A stretch of DNA of 64,000 bases. Source: Octopus bimaculoides. Lineage: Eukaryota. The DNA lies in assembly GCF_001194135.2 (NCBI RefSeq), contig NC_068989.1:86107050-86171049 (forward strand). The letters are read 5' to 3'. Below are positions 26,721 to 40,100 of the stretch, piece after piece (the stretch's first letter is position 1; each line of letters opens with the position of its first letter). Under the pieces are notes generated by a model. It saw only the letters and a program-made list of their open reading frames with translations. It did not search any database and was not told where the DNA came from. A program made the position numbers and the translations under genes.

Positions 26721-27118
26721 GTAGGTGGTTGGTTCGAATCTCACCAGTTACTTTCTGATATCTGTGATAATCAATTTGTGACCCAGGACCCCAATCTAAT
26801 ACACTTTCTTTTCTTTTGCCTCTCTTTTTGACCTCTTTTATTTCTCTCTTTCTGTGTTTCCCTCTCGCTTTCTCTTTCATGCCCCTTCATCTATCGTTTT
26901 TATAATTTTCATTCTCTCTCCTCCTGTCTATCTCCCTCTCTCCCCCCCTCTATCTCTTAGTTAAAGCTGTGGACAGTCCTTTCTGCCAGACGAAACCATA
27001 TGTTAAAAAGTTCACTTCGCAACGACGTAGTTTCAGGTTCGATCTCACACTGAACATATCTCTTTTTATCATCGCTTCGGCAGACGAAAACTGTGGACAT
27101 CTGTTGTATATGTATGTA

Positions 27119-27204
27119 TTTGTGTTTGTATTTATACCGGTTTTGAGATTGATATTCTTTGTGTTTGTATTTATACCGGTTTTGAGATTGATATTCTTTG
27201 TGTT
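27119..27204. repeat. 39-bp tandem duplication (2 copies plus a partial third)
   Basis: tttgtgtttgtatttataccggttttgagattgatattc x2. Confidence 0.9.
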
Positions 27205-27458
27205 GTGTCCCTTTATGCTCTATAATTGTGCGGTTCAACAAAGAGAGATCGGCAAAACAAGTACCCCACTGATATATGTATTTGGCTCTCTTGAAAGGCT
27301 TTAGTCGATCATGCCGGTCTTTGCCTATAGCTTCCCTTCTTTCTACAACCTCTGTACTGATATCAAACCCATTCCACCCATTATGCTTCGTTATCGTAGT
27401 TATATCAAACTACATCGTCCAATATGCCCTCCCCACTTTTTTTTTAAAGAGCATAAGG

Positions 27459-27774
27459 CAGTGGTAGTCAACCAATTTTTACCTATGGACGGACCCTTTT
27501 GATTACTGTTTTACTCTACTTGACCCCTATAGCTATTTGAGGTTTAGAAAATCCTATTATATTTTCATAATTAAATATTATTAGGAATTGTTTTTAAAAA
27601 TGTTACCGAATATTTTATGTGTTGAAGAAGTATAACCAATTTATCGCGCATAAATTTTAACAACAAAATCTTATATGAACCCTTAAGGGTCATATGAACC
27701 CCTAAGGGTCATATGAACCCATAAGGGTCATATGAACCCATAAGGGTCATATGAACCTCGGTTGAGAAACACTG
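27459..27774. mobile_element. hAT-type MITE with internal 19-bp tandem array
   Basis: Ends cagtggtagtcaacc and ggttgagaaacactg; 8-bp flanks gcataagg and gcgtaggg (6/8 match). Confidence 0.75.
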
Positions 27775-27973
27775 GCGTAGGGTGTACTGTGTAAGGGATT
27801 TGGTTACTATTTCTAATAGATAGAACAAAATGAAAAGGCATTATATAAATAAGGGTATTGATCGTATCTCATTACATAACCTCTTATTTCTAATTCCTCT
27901 TTTTTTGCTCTCATTCTTCAACTTTTCTGTTGCTTTCATCCCATCCCACGTACATAATGTATATGCTAATATA

Positions 27974-28100
27974 CAGGGTGTCCACAAAGCCTGGGTACAT
28001 GGGAGTAAATAAAATCATAACATAAATAATTAAATATAAGAAATAATAATTTCTTAAAGTATGTGTTAATCCCATGTACCCAGACTTTGTGGACACCCTG
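27974..28100. mobile_element. Tc1/mariner-type MITE, 127 bp (copy 1)
   Basis: TIR of about 33 bp, cagggtgtccacaaag(c/t)ctgggtacatggga, flanked by TA on both sides. Confidence 0.9.
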
Positions 28101-30187
28101 TATATTCAACTCTCGCAAACTTATCTAGCCATCGTTCATGTATATACAAATATATCTATCCATCACGTATATACGAATACATCTATCTAATACACACACA
28201 CACTTTTATTTGCAAACATATTCCCTACACATGCAGGCAAATGTAATCTAACTTTCCAGTACATACCGCACATCTATATTCAAACATCGTTTTATGTTTC
28301 TTCAGCGAGTGAGACCTTGTTATAATGAAGCTTAATACTGCGGTAATTTAACAACTAAAAGCACGTAAAAAAAAAAAAAAAGTAACTCATTGCTTGATTT
28401 TCTCAGAATTTCCCGCTTTAATTTGAATATCCTTTAAAGAACCAGCTTATCGCTTCATGAGCACTTGTCACACTTGAAGTGATTTTTCTGTTTGGGTGTG
28501 ATTGCGCAAGCTATATCAATTTCTTAAAGTACATCATCATCAACCTCTATAATATTGTCTCAAGTCCCAGGGTTCATAGGGGCAGTTATCCAGGTTCCAT
28601 GGCAGATAAGTGGACAAGATAACAACATTCCCCCTGAATAGGATGTTAGTCTGTTGCAGGGTTGCTTACTTACTGTTGAGTGGATTGAAGTAATGTGAAA
28701 TGAAGTGTTTTGCTCAAGAACACAATGTACTTCTTAGCTCAGGGATTGAAACCACAATCTTGTGATTGTGAAAGCAACACTTTAACCACTAGGTCACTCA
28801 CCTATTTATAACCACTATTTATTTCTTCACAGCACTACAACTGATTCATTCTCACTCCCACCACCACTAAATGTGAATTGTCTTTACCAGAACTTGCTCT
28901 ACCCCACACCCTTCTTATACTTTAACCCTCATTTCCTAGCACAAAGCTGCCTCCACTCTTGGGTTTCGTAGTCTTGCAAGTTGCATGGTGACCTCATGAG
29001 TACCAGTGGCACAAAAAAAGCATCCAGCACACCCTGTAAAGTGGTTGGTGTTAGGAAATGGCATCCAGTCATAGAAATCATGCCAAAGTAGACTCTGCAG
29101 CATAATGTATTCTTTCGATCCATCAGGTTCTGCCAAACCATCTAACCCATGCCAGTATTGAACATGGACATTACATGATGACGAGGGCATGTAACCTGGT
29201 ACTTCTAAAAGGAGTGTAAAACTTGATTTACAGTGACTGATGATAAATATCAAACCCTCAAAGACTTCTGGGAAAATTCAAACATTATGGGAGCAGTAAA
29301 AAAAATATAAAGTTAACCATTCATGTCTCATTGCACGTGGACAAAATTTTGTTCAAATGTCATCGTTTAACGTCTGCTTTCCATGCTGGCATGGGTTGGA
29401 CGATTTGACTGAGGACTGGCGAACTGGATGGCTGCACCAGGCTCCAATCTGAAATGGCAGAGTTTCTACATCTGGATGCCCTTCCTAACGCCAACCATCC
29501 TGAGAGTGTAGTGGGTGCTTTTACACTCTGTAGAAACCATGGCAAAGCAGACACTGGAGCACTATATGGTCCTAAGATGTGTTGTATTCTGTCAAAGTGT
29601 CTTTACCCTGCAACATGGACATTAAATAATGATGGTGATGATAATGATGATGTGGCTTTCAAACATCAATCTAAATTTTGATCAGTTTAGAAGTTAAAAG
29701 ACCTATAACGGTAATGCTGAATTATTTTGGGGGAAGAAGTTCATTAGAAGAAGAAGAAGAAGAAGAAGCAAAGCAGTCAATTCTAAAGATTAAGATTTAA
29801 TAAAACTCATATTCTTTTACTTGTTTCAGTCATTTGACTGTGGCCATGCTGGAGCACTGCCTTTAATCAAACAAATCAATCCCAGGACTTATTCTTTGTA
29901 AGCCTAGTACTTATTCTATTGGTCTCTTTCGGCAAACCGCTAAGTTATGGCGATGTAAACAAACCAGCATTGGACGTCAAGCGATGTTGGGGGGGGAGCA
30001 CATACACACACATGCATCTATATATATACATACACACACACACACACACACACACNNNNNNNNNNAGTACTTATTCTATTGGTCTCTTTCGGCAAACCGC
30101 TAAGTTATGGCGATGTAAACAAACCAGCATTGGACGTCAAGCGATGTTGGGGGGGGAGCACATACACACACATGCATCTATATATAT

Positions 30188-30234
<47 letters not shown>

Positions 30235-31604
30235 CACACACACACACACACGGTGGGCTTCTTTCAGTTTCTGTCTACCAAATCCACTCACAAGACTTTG
30301 GTTGGCCCAAGGATATAGTAGAAGGCACTTACCCAAAGTGCCATGCAGTGGGACTGAACCCGGAATCGTGGTTGGTAAACAAGCTACTTACCACACAGCC
30401 ACTCCTGTGCCTATAGAAAATGTTTGTCAGAAGTGGGATTTGAACCCCCACCCACATTTGTGGACCAGAATACTCATTGTTCTGGTAAGGATATTATCCT
30501 TGAGTCTGGCGCCTGAGACCACTTGGCCATCCTGACATAGTATCATATTTTTTATTGTTTCATATTTTTACATGCTGCATGAACTAAAAAAAAAAAATGT
30601 ATATATGTAGTTTTGATTGAATTACACATAATTTTGTTCTCAGTAGTTTTTCTCTTCATATAGGTGCACTGTTGGCCTACTATATATCAAACGTGTGTAT
30701 TTCAATGATTAAATAAATTTATCTGTATCAGAGCTGGGTTACCTTCTTCTGATAAGGAGGTTTGTGTTAGTGAAAAATAATGTGGAACATACCTATTTCG
30801 TTAATTGAAGTATAGGTGTATTTGAAAAAAAAAAAAGTATGTCTGTAGTACTGTAATATAAATGCAAGCAGCCACACTAGAAATAAATTTGAAAACCCTA
30901 ATATTATGTTTATAGTAGTATAGTCTTCTCAATTCGTCTGTCTTTATGTTCTGAGTTCAAATTCTGCCAAGGTTGACTTTGCCTTTCATCCTTTTGAGCC
31001 TGGTGTTTAGGCATAGTATCACTGGAAATACAGACTTCTGGGTTACAATTTGTTGTTCTTACATGCTACCATAGTTCATGCAATGACCAACGCACCCCCA
31101 CACCCACAGGTGTATCGGTATGGTATCACACACAAACACGCCTCCTCTGTAGCTCTGATTTGTTACACAAACCCACAAACGCTTCGCTATTATTTCTCTG
31201 ATAAAACTGCTGACACCAATTCCCAAAACAACACTGTTTCTTATCTGGGTGTAGAGGTTTGTGTGGGGTGGTGGTGGAGACAGAAAATGGGATTTGGTAG
31301 AATAAAGGTGATTGGTATTGTGGTAGTGGTGGTGGTGATGAGAATGATGGTGGTTGTGGTGGCGGCGGGGATACATGGTGGTGGGGCAAGGAACTAATAA
31401 CGTCTAAGCTGGAATGTGTTTACGCATATCTATTCAGATACACACACACACACACACACACACATTACCTGTATTGACCTGACTATTTGATGTAGTTATA
31501 CAACGCTAATCACAGTGCGCTTCCAATTCTTCTTGGGTCAGTCACAGGTCATTGGTCAAGGTGTGCTCTATAAAAGCTGACCTGGTGCTAAACAACTATA
31601 TAAA

Positions 31605-32330
31605 CATCATCATGATCATCGTTGTTTAACGTCCACTTTCCATGCTGGCATGGGTTGGATGGTTTGACTGGGGACTGGCAAACCAGAAGGCTGTACCAGG
31701 CTCCAATCTGATCTGGCAAGGTTTCTGCAGTTGGATGCCCTTCCTAACGCCAACCACTCTGAGAGTGTAGTGGGTGCTTTTTATGTGCCACCGCGGCACA
31801 GGAGCCAGTCAGGCGGGCCTGGCATCGATCATGTTCGAATAGTGCTTTTTACGTGCCACCAGCACAAGGGCCGGTAAGGCAGTACTGGCATCAACCATGC
31901 TTGAATGGTGCTTTTTATGTGCCACTGACACTGGAGCCAGTCAGGCGGCACTGGCATCGGTCACGACAATGACTTCACTTGACTCAACAGGTCTTCACAA
32001 GCACAGTTTATTGCCCAATGATTGAAGGATACTCTTAAATGGGCCAGTTATGCTGCACTGACATAGGCCATGGTTACAGTCTCACTTGGCTTGCTAGGTC
32101 TTCTCTAATACAGCATATCTCCAAAGGTCTTGGTTACTTGTCATCGCCTCTGTGCGGCCCAATGTTTGAAGGTTGTGCTTCACCACCTCATTCCAGGTCT
32201 TCCTGGGTCTACTTCTTCCACAAGTTCCCTCTACTGCTAGGGTGTGACACGTTTTCACACAGCTGTCCTCATCCATATGCAATATATAACCATATCAGTG
32301 TAGTTATCTCTCTTGCACACCACATCTGAT
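31605..32330 (-). mobile_element. 5'-truncated RTE LINE: RT C-terminus, 3'UTR and (GAT)n tail
   Basis: VEGTCGRSRPRKTWNEVVK..LWRYAVLEKT* (32094-32282), then the 3'UTR shared with many copies in the window, ending in ggaaagtggacgttaaac..gatg repeats. Confidence 0.88.
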
Positions 32331-33839
32331 GCTTCTTGTTCACACATACACAAACATACTCTGACACACACACATACATGCAGAAACCTTGTTTTGCATT
32401 TATGTGCTTACTCGTGTATATATGTGTGTGTGTGTGTAGGTGCAATGGCCCACTGGTTAGGGCAGCAGACTCGCTGTCATAGGTTCATGGTTTCGATTCC
32501 CAGAACGGGTGTTGTGAATGTTTATTGAGTGAAAGCACCTAAAAGCTCCCTGAGGCTCCAGCAGGAAGTGGTAGTGAACCTTGCTGTACTCTTTCACCAC
32601 AACTTTCTCTCACTCTTTCTTCCAGTGTTTCTGTTGTACTTTTATTTCAAAGGGCCAGTCTTGTCGCACTCTGTATCACACAGAATTTCCCCGAGAACTA
32701 CGTTAAGAGTACACGTGTCTGTGGAGTGCTCAGCCACTTGGTGTGTTAATTTCATGAGCAGGCTGTTCTGTTGATCAGATCAACTGGAACCCTCATTGTC
32801 ATAACCAACGGAGTGTCACGACAATATGTATGTATATGTGGTGAAGGGTGACTGGGAAACTAGGGCACAGCAGTCTACCCCACCACCACTGAGGTTGGTG
32901 GTGGGGGTGGGGGGTTTCCGTGTGTTCCACCCTCTTTCATTTTCTTTGAATAGTATAGTATTATATATGCTTTGAGATATGAGGAATCTGAAAATGGAAA
33001 TAGTTTGCTACCTATGATGCACCATTTTGAAGTAGTTAGTAAAACACGACATATAACTTTGGAAATCACTTTCCAATGATTTCATCCATTAGGAGCTATT
33101 CAAGCCATTGACGTTGAGAAAAAAGTCGAAATTCTTTTTAAAGTTTGGAAGAAAATTTGACATTCAAGGCGCAGGAGTGGCTGTGTGGTAAGTAGCTTGC
33201 TTACCAGCCACATGGTTCTGGGTTCAGTCCCACTGCGTGGCACCTTGGGCAAGTGTCTTCTACTATAGCCTCAGGCCAACCAAAGCCTTGTGAGTGGATT
33301 TGGTAGACGGAAACTGAAAGAAGCCCATTGTATGTATGTATATATATATATATATATATATATNNNNNNNNNNNNNNNNNNNNNNNNNNNNNNNNNNNNN
33401 NNNNNNNNNNNNNNNNNNNNNNNNNNNNNNNNNNNNNNNNNNNNNNNNNNNNNNNNNNNNNNNNNNNNNNNNNNNNNNNNNNNNNNNNNNNNNNNNNNNN
33501 NNNNNNNNNNNNNNNNNNNNNNNNNNNNNNNNNNNNNGAGGTTATGTAATGAGTCGTTACCTATATATATATATATATATATAGATATAGATATATATAT
33601 ATGTATGTGTGTGTATATGTTTGTGTGTCTGTGTTTGTCCCCCCACCATTGCTTGACAAGCGATGCTGATGTGTTTACGTTCCCATAGCTTAGCGGTTCG
33701 GCAAAAACAGACCGATAGAATAAGTACTTGGCTTACAAAGAATACGCCCTTGGGTCGATTTGCTCGACTAAAGGCGGTGCTCCAGCATGGCCGCAGTCAA
33801 ATGACTGAGACAAGTAAAAGAGTAAAAGAGAGTAAAGAG

Positions 33840-34050
33840 TTTTCACAAACTCTTGAAGCTGATTGAGAGAGTACCAAATTAAGTGAACGTGTATGACAAT
33901 GTACAACTTCTGTCAGTGATGAAGCTTTTCTGTCTTTACTGACATCAACTTCTCCCCTAAACCTTTCTTGAAGCCTTTATTTCTCATCAACAAGTTGCAA
34001 AACGTGTGACAGTTAAGATTTCATCCAAAAGTCTGTGGTCTCACCAAACA
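33840..34050 (-). mobile_element. hAT transposase remnant
   Basis: The minus frame reads LQERFRGE..VVHCHTRSLNLVLSQS, resembling the conserved HC.AH.LNL motif. Confidence 0.5.
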
Positions 34051-34975
34051 ACAACAACAAATGCTATTTTTTTCAATCATTAGCTTAATTACACCTTCGT
34101 TTATAACAGCTATACAATTAAATGATTTTGTTTTGAATATCACTTGAAAGTGACATTTGTTTTCAGTATCACTTCAAAGCTGAGAAAATGTGTTCTTATA
34201 CAAACTAGCAGTAATGGGAAACAGAAAAGATTTATTCAGAATGGGTTATCTTATCATTCTCCAGACCTCAGTCAAACCGTCCGACCCATGCCAGCATGGA
34301 AACTGGACGTTTAAACGATGATGATGATGTGGTGAGCTGGCAGAATCATTAGCACACCAGACAAAACGCTTAGCGACATTTTGTCCATTTTTACATCTTG
34401 AGTTCAAATTCCACCAAGGTCAACTTTGCATTTCATTCTCTTGGGGTTAATAAAATAAGTACCAGACACACACTGGCATTGATGTAATTGATGAACTCCC
34501 TTTCTCCAAAATTTCAGTCCTTGTGCCTATAGAAGAAAGGATTATTATTACAAGGGTAGTGGCTAGCAGTGTTGGTAAAATACTGGAGAAAATTCATTGT
34601 AACATTTTAGTTACGTCTCTTTACGTACTGATTTCAAATCCTGCAGGTGTTGACTTGACATTTTGTTCATTTGATGAAATAAAGTATTAGTTGATGAAAG
34701 AAGTATCAGCTAAATTCTGTTGTTCACTTTAATTGATTACAGGTCTTCCCCCCATCATTTCATAGCATCGGTTGGTTCAAAGCTAGGAATTATCATTTAT
34801 GCTGTAACTGCAAAATTGATCCACCATGCTTCACATGAATGTTAAATATTTTGTTTGTGTGTTTTTCTCTCTTTGATTTCTTTTTCTTTTCTTTTTTTTT
34901 AACAGGTGTACTAGTCTTTCATTCTATTAGAATTTGGTAAATTTGGTATCAACAGGAACAAATTCTTCAAGCATC

Positions 34976-35681
34976 ATGTCTCGTTCTGTGTTGCTGTTAC
35001 TTACTTCACCGATTCCAAAGTTGAAATCAAAGGTACAAGCAATCTTGCAGGCATCTAAACAATATGCAAAGAACTCGCTCTATATCCAACTTCAGCCGAT
35101 GCAAAAGCCTTCAAAACCCAGTTCTGCTACAGTGTTTAAACTGAAGCATGTCGCACCAACAGAAGATGCCTTTCACCTGATGCAACAATTCTATCAGACC
35201 AACGCTGCTTTATTCAAACAAATAGATCTTCGGATCATCTTAGATTCTTTTGGTGCTGCCCCTGTACCTGATCCTGTGGTTACAAAAACTACAACGTCAT
35301 CATCTGGGCAAGACCAAACTTACCAGTCTTTGAGGAACTTTGACCTCATACTGCATGATTTTATCACGTCTGATGCCAACCACAAAAACAAATTCTTGCA
35401 TGATGTTGCACATTGCTTTCCCAAGTGTGATCTGGGTCAAAATTTTGAGAACATTGTACCTCTTCCTTTACCGCAAACGCCATTGAACGATGATGCTTCA
35501 CCGAGAACAACTGATGACACTTCAGGAGTAGCCTCAGTGGTAATGACCACGTATGGCCATGTCGTGCTGGGTGGAACCTTCGACCGGTTGCATGCAGGAC
35601 ACAAAGTGTTGCTCACCCAGGCGTGTCTCCTCTCGTCCCATGCTGTCATGATTGGAGTAACAGATGACAACTTTGCTGCAA
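34976..35681 (+). CDS. COASY: COASY coding exon 1 (N-terminal domain and start of PPAT domain)
   Basis: ATG at 34976 (gcatcATG); HAGH at 35591-35602; donor a|gtaatt at 35682 (phase 1). The exon begins at 34906 after ttttttttaacag, so 34906-34975 is 5'UTR. Confidence 0.94.
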
Positions 35682-35763
35682 GTAATTTTAGTATTTTTTT
35701 TGTGACTCCACTGACCACTACCATTACTAAACATACACTCCTATATTTGGAGTGTATACATAC

Positions 35764-35796
<33 letters not shown>

Positions 35797-36011
35797 AAGT
35801 TCCCAAAACATTTGTGCATGCACATCACAACGATAAACATGAACACTCATACATACATACATACATACATACACACATATATATACAGGGTGTCCATAAG
35901 GTCTGGGTACATGGAGTAAATAAAATCATGACATAAACAATTAAATATGAGAAATAATAATTTCTTAAAGAATGTGTTAATCCCCATATACCCAGACTTT
36001 GTGGACACCCT

Positions 36012-36048
<37 letters not shown>

Positions 36049-36494
36049 TATATACATATGCATACAGCTTGGATTATAAATCTACCTAAGTACTATCTAT
36101 CTATCTATATATATATATACACACACACACACAGTAATCCTTTGCCGTATCATGGTTTATTTTAAGCTTACGTTGATTCCTCCGTGGTGTTGTTTTGCAT
36201 TTTTAAGGGGCTGTACCTCTGAAACACCTAAGCCTTGTGTATAATACGCACTCCTTCTCTAACTTGAGTCAAGGAGGTCTATATAACGTCCTTGGTTTGT
36301 AAATGTATATACAGTAGCTTCCTTTATTATTATTGTATATATAACATAATGCAAACATATATATATAACATAATGCCTTTACATATTTATCACTTAGAAA
36401 ATATTTTTCATTTTTAACCTCGTATATAGTACGCACTAGGGGTTTTGACCTTTAAATTTTTGGGGAAAAATGCAGATTATACTCAAGGATTTAC

Positions 36495-36543
<49 letters not shown>

Positions 36544-36644
36544 TGTATGTGTGTATATATACACTTGCATTCACACACATAAACGTACATACTAATACAC
36601 ACGCACACACATCACAGTGATACATGGGTGGACAGAAATGCATG

Positions 36645-36709
<65 letters not shown>

Positions 36710-37118
36710 TAAACACACATCTATCTAGCTACCCAATGTGTGTGAGTGTGAGTGTATATATGATATATATGTGTATAACAGAAGCCTCCGGTGAGGATCA
36801 GATGCATGATCCCTGGTTTACAAGACCAGTGCTCTCACCACTGAACTAGAGTACTGGTCTGGTAAACCAGGAGTCAGGAGTTCGATCCTCACTGGCAGCT
36901 TCTGTAACACCATATATATATATATATATTACAAATAAAAGGTTAAAGTATTATTAATTTATTAATAAATTAATAATTAATAATTTTTACCAAGCCCTTC
37001 GGTATGTAAACACCATTATCGGTGAAAATCTTATTTAAAAGTTCTTATACATTAATAAACATAATTAAGGGATCAGCAACAGTGGTGAAGCAACTGTTGC
37101 TGATCCCTTAATTATGTT

Positions 37119-37152
<34 letters not shown>

Positions 37153-40100
37153 CGTATCTAAATATGTGTATATACATAGACAAGTGCATAGAGCTGTGTT
37201 TGTTGTTGTTATTTTTGTTGTCAACAATTATATTGATTTGCTGAAGCCTGAAGTGTGACACCACTGGGGTTGTGTGTCAGTTTGTTACAGTGTGGTTAAA
37301 TATTTTAATTTATGTTTTTTTTTTCTTCTATTTCTCTCCACCACCACCACCACTTCCATATGATGTCACATGATATTTCACCTACTCCACTCAATGACCA
37401 ATGTCCAACAGGGAAGGTCCTCAGTGAACTACTTGAGCCACTAGAAGTACGGATGCAGTCTGTCCGGGATTTCATTGAGGATGTCAAGCCAGGCACCAAA
37501 CTGGAATTAGTGCCCCTGCAAGACATGTATGGACCGACGATCACCGATGCAACAATGGACTGTCTGGTGGTTACCATGGAGACAAGTAAAGGGGCTACAA
37601 TGATAAACACAGAACGGTCAAAAAGGGTGATTTGTCTTTTATTTTTGTTTTTTGATACTTTATATTTTAAATTTCATTGTTTTATTTCAAGAGAATACAT
37701 GCTTTGCTGTTGCTGTTTAATCCTCAGGACAATCCTGATTGAGTAGGCCTATGATCAAAAGCTTTCTAGCTGTGACCATCCCATCTTTTACTGAGACACA
37801 CTGACCAAGGTGTCATATGATCTAACATGTTCTATGCTAAGATGGTAGGTTATGAGCTGAAGAGATTTGGCTGTTATTTCCAGCAGATTGAATGGCCACA
37901 TAGAGGCTCATTTTTTTTGAAGTAGTGTAGTGGTGTTTTCACTGGAGCACCTTTGAATGTAGGCCCGTTCTATCTAGGTTGACTGAGGGTTAAACAACAT
38001 TGCATGCACACATGCACACACACACACACACACAGAAGCATGTGTACACTTGTCTGAGAAATACTCAACCATTTATATGCTAATTCAATAAGTCGGTAAT
38101 TCTCTTGATTGTCCATCCATCCATCTTCTCCACTCACCGTTCCCGGGGCCGTCACGGACATAGTGTCCTCAGGCACCTCCTCCATAGAGTCCTATCAGAA
38201 GCAACTATCATTAGTAGTGGAGGTGCATGGCTTAGTGGTTACGGTGTTGGGCTCATGATCATAAGATTGTGGTTTCCATTCCTGTACCAGACACTGCATT
38301 GTGTTTTTGAGCAAAACACTTTGTTTCACATTGCTCCAGTCCACTCAGCTGGCAAAAATGAGTAACCCTGTGGCAGACCAGTGTCCCATTCAAGGTAAAA
38401 TACACAGGCCACAGAAACCAGGAAACCAGCCGTATGGGTCAATATGATTCCCAAGCACGACCAGTTATGGATATTCAGCCATCTTTTCTACTCTAGGCAC
38501 AAGGCCTGAAATTTTTTGGGGAGGGGACCAGTCGATTTGATCGACCCCAGTACACAACTGGTACTTAATTTATCAACCCTAAAAGGATGAAAGGCAAAGT
38601 TGACCTCGGCGGAATTTGAACTCAGAACGTAAAAGCATGAAATACTGCTAAGCATTTTGCCTCATGTGCTAATGTTTCTGCCAGCTCACCACCTAACCCC
38701 ACCTCAATATTCTTTTCTGCTTTATGCACAAGGCCAGAAATTTTTGGGGAAGGGGCCAGTCAATTTGATCGATCTCAGTGTGCAACTGGTACTTAATTTA
38801 TCAACCCCAAAAGGATAAAAGGCAAAGTTGACATCGGCGGAATTTGAACTCAGAACGTAAAGACAGATGATATACCACTAAGCATTTCACCCGCCATGCT
38901 AACATTTCTGTCAGATCACCGTTTCAGCCGTCTTGTCCTTCCATCTGCTGCTATGTTTGCTGCCAACTGGCATGACTTGGCTTGGAGAATCCATCTTGTG
39001 ATTCTTTCTGGTGACATTCTAATCACGTCTGTAGTACCGGCGCTGTGACCTTTCAATGCAAAGATGTAGTGGCTCAACCTAGAGAGACTCCCTGATTGCT
39101 GAGCCATGCATTCTGTCTAACTCACTAAGTTTAGTTCAGTTTCTGTGCCTATCCTCACCGTTGGCCATAAATGCTGAGATAATGACCAAAAGAGTAAGAG
39201 AGTAAATACAAACAACTGAAACGGGATTCCTCTGAAGGATCTCTGGAATAATATCACTCATTTTGTATACTGTTTATATTACTTGGTGTCATCACCGCAC
39301 CAGTGGAGCACTAACAGCACTGTCGAGCGTGTCCATTGCCAGAGCAGCTGTCTGGCTTCTGTGCTAGTGGCCTGTAAATAGCACCATTTGAGTGTAATCA
39401 TTACCAGCGTTGCCTTCTAGCACTTGTGCTGGTGGCACGTTAGAAAATCATTCAAGTGAGGTCGTTGCCAGTGCCGCTGGACTGGCTCCTGTGCAGGTGG
39501 CACGTAAAAAACACCCTTTTGAGCGTGGCTGTTGCCAGTACCGTGTGACTGGCCCTCGTGCCGGTGGCATGTAAAAGCACCCACTACACTCTCGGAGTGG
39601 TTGGCGTTAGGAAGGGCATCCAGCTGTAGAAACTCTGCCAGATCAGATTGGAGCCTGGTGCAGCCATTTGGTTCGCCAGTCCTCAGTCAAATTGTCCAAC
39701 TCATGCTAGTATGGAAAGCGTACGTTAAATGATGATGATGATGATCTTGATTGTTGATTTCACTACATTTTGGCTGTTGTATGCTCCAACCTTCTTCCGG
39801 TGTCTTCTGTTGAACTCATGTTGTGTTGAAATTTCGAACCTAACCCCTTATTTGATTCCTGGGTGTATGCGGTTCTCATTCCTCATCTCGCAAATATAAA
39901 ATTATAATGGTAATCAATTGATCAAACAACTGGAATAGACACTTGAAATTGGCAAACACCCATTTACATACATTTCCTACTTGGCTACTTTGCTATTACT
40001 TACATACCACACACACACATCCTATATATGTGTACACAAGCATACTTACCTATAGACATACACAAACTTGACTACAGACTCATTCGAACACACATGCTCA

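Noticed and set aside
29180-29350. pogo/Tigger transposase remnant (TLKDFWENSNIMGAVKKI)
   Set aside because: The similarity is too short and has no TIRs; left unannotated.
34934-34975. N-terminal extension MVNLVSTGTNSSSI
   Set aside because: It starts at TTG just after an in-frame TAG; homology begins at the ATG at 34976.
35682-35836. Read-through of the first COASY coding exon giving a 300-aa ORF
   Set aside because: After the donor at 35682 the frame runs into intronic (GA)n (EKERERE). The spliced, phase-matched continuation at 37412 restores homology.
36779-36904. Functional tRNA-Thr gene
   Set aside because: Each copy lacks a complete acceptor stem; one has a broken T-loop and the other lacks the D-arm 5' half.
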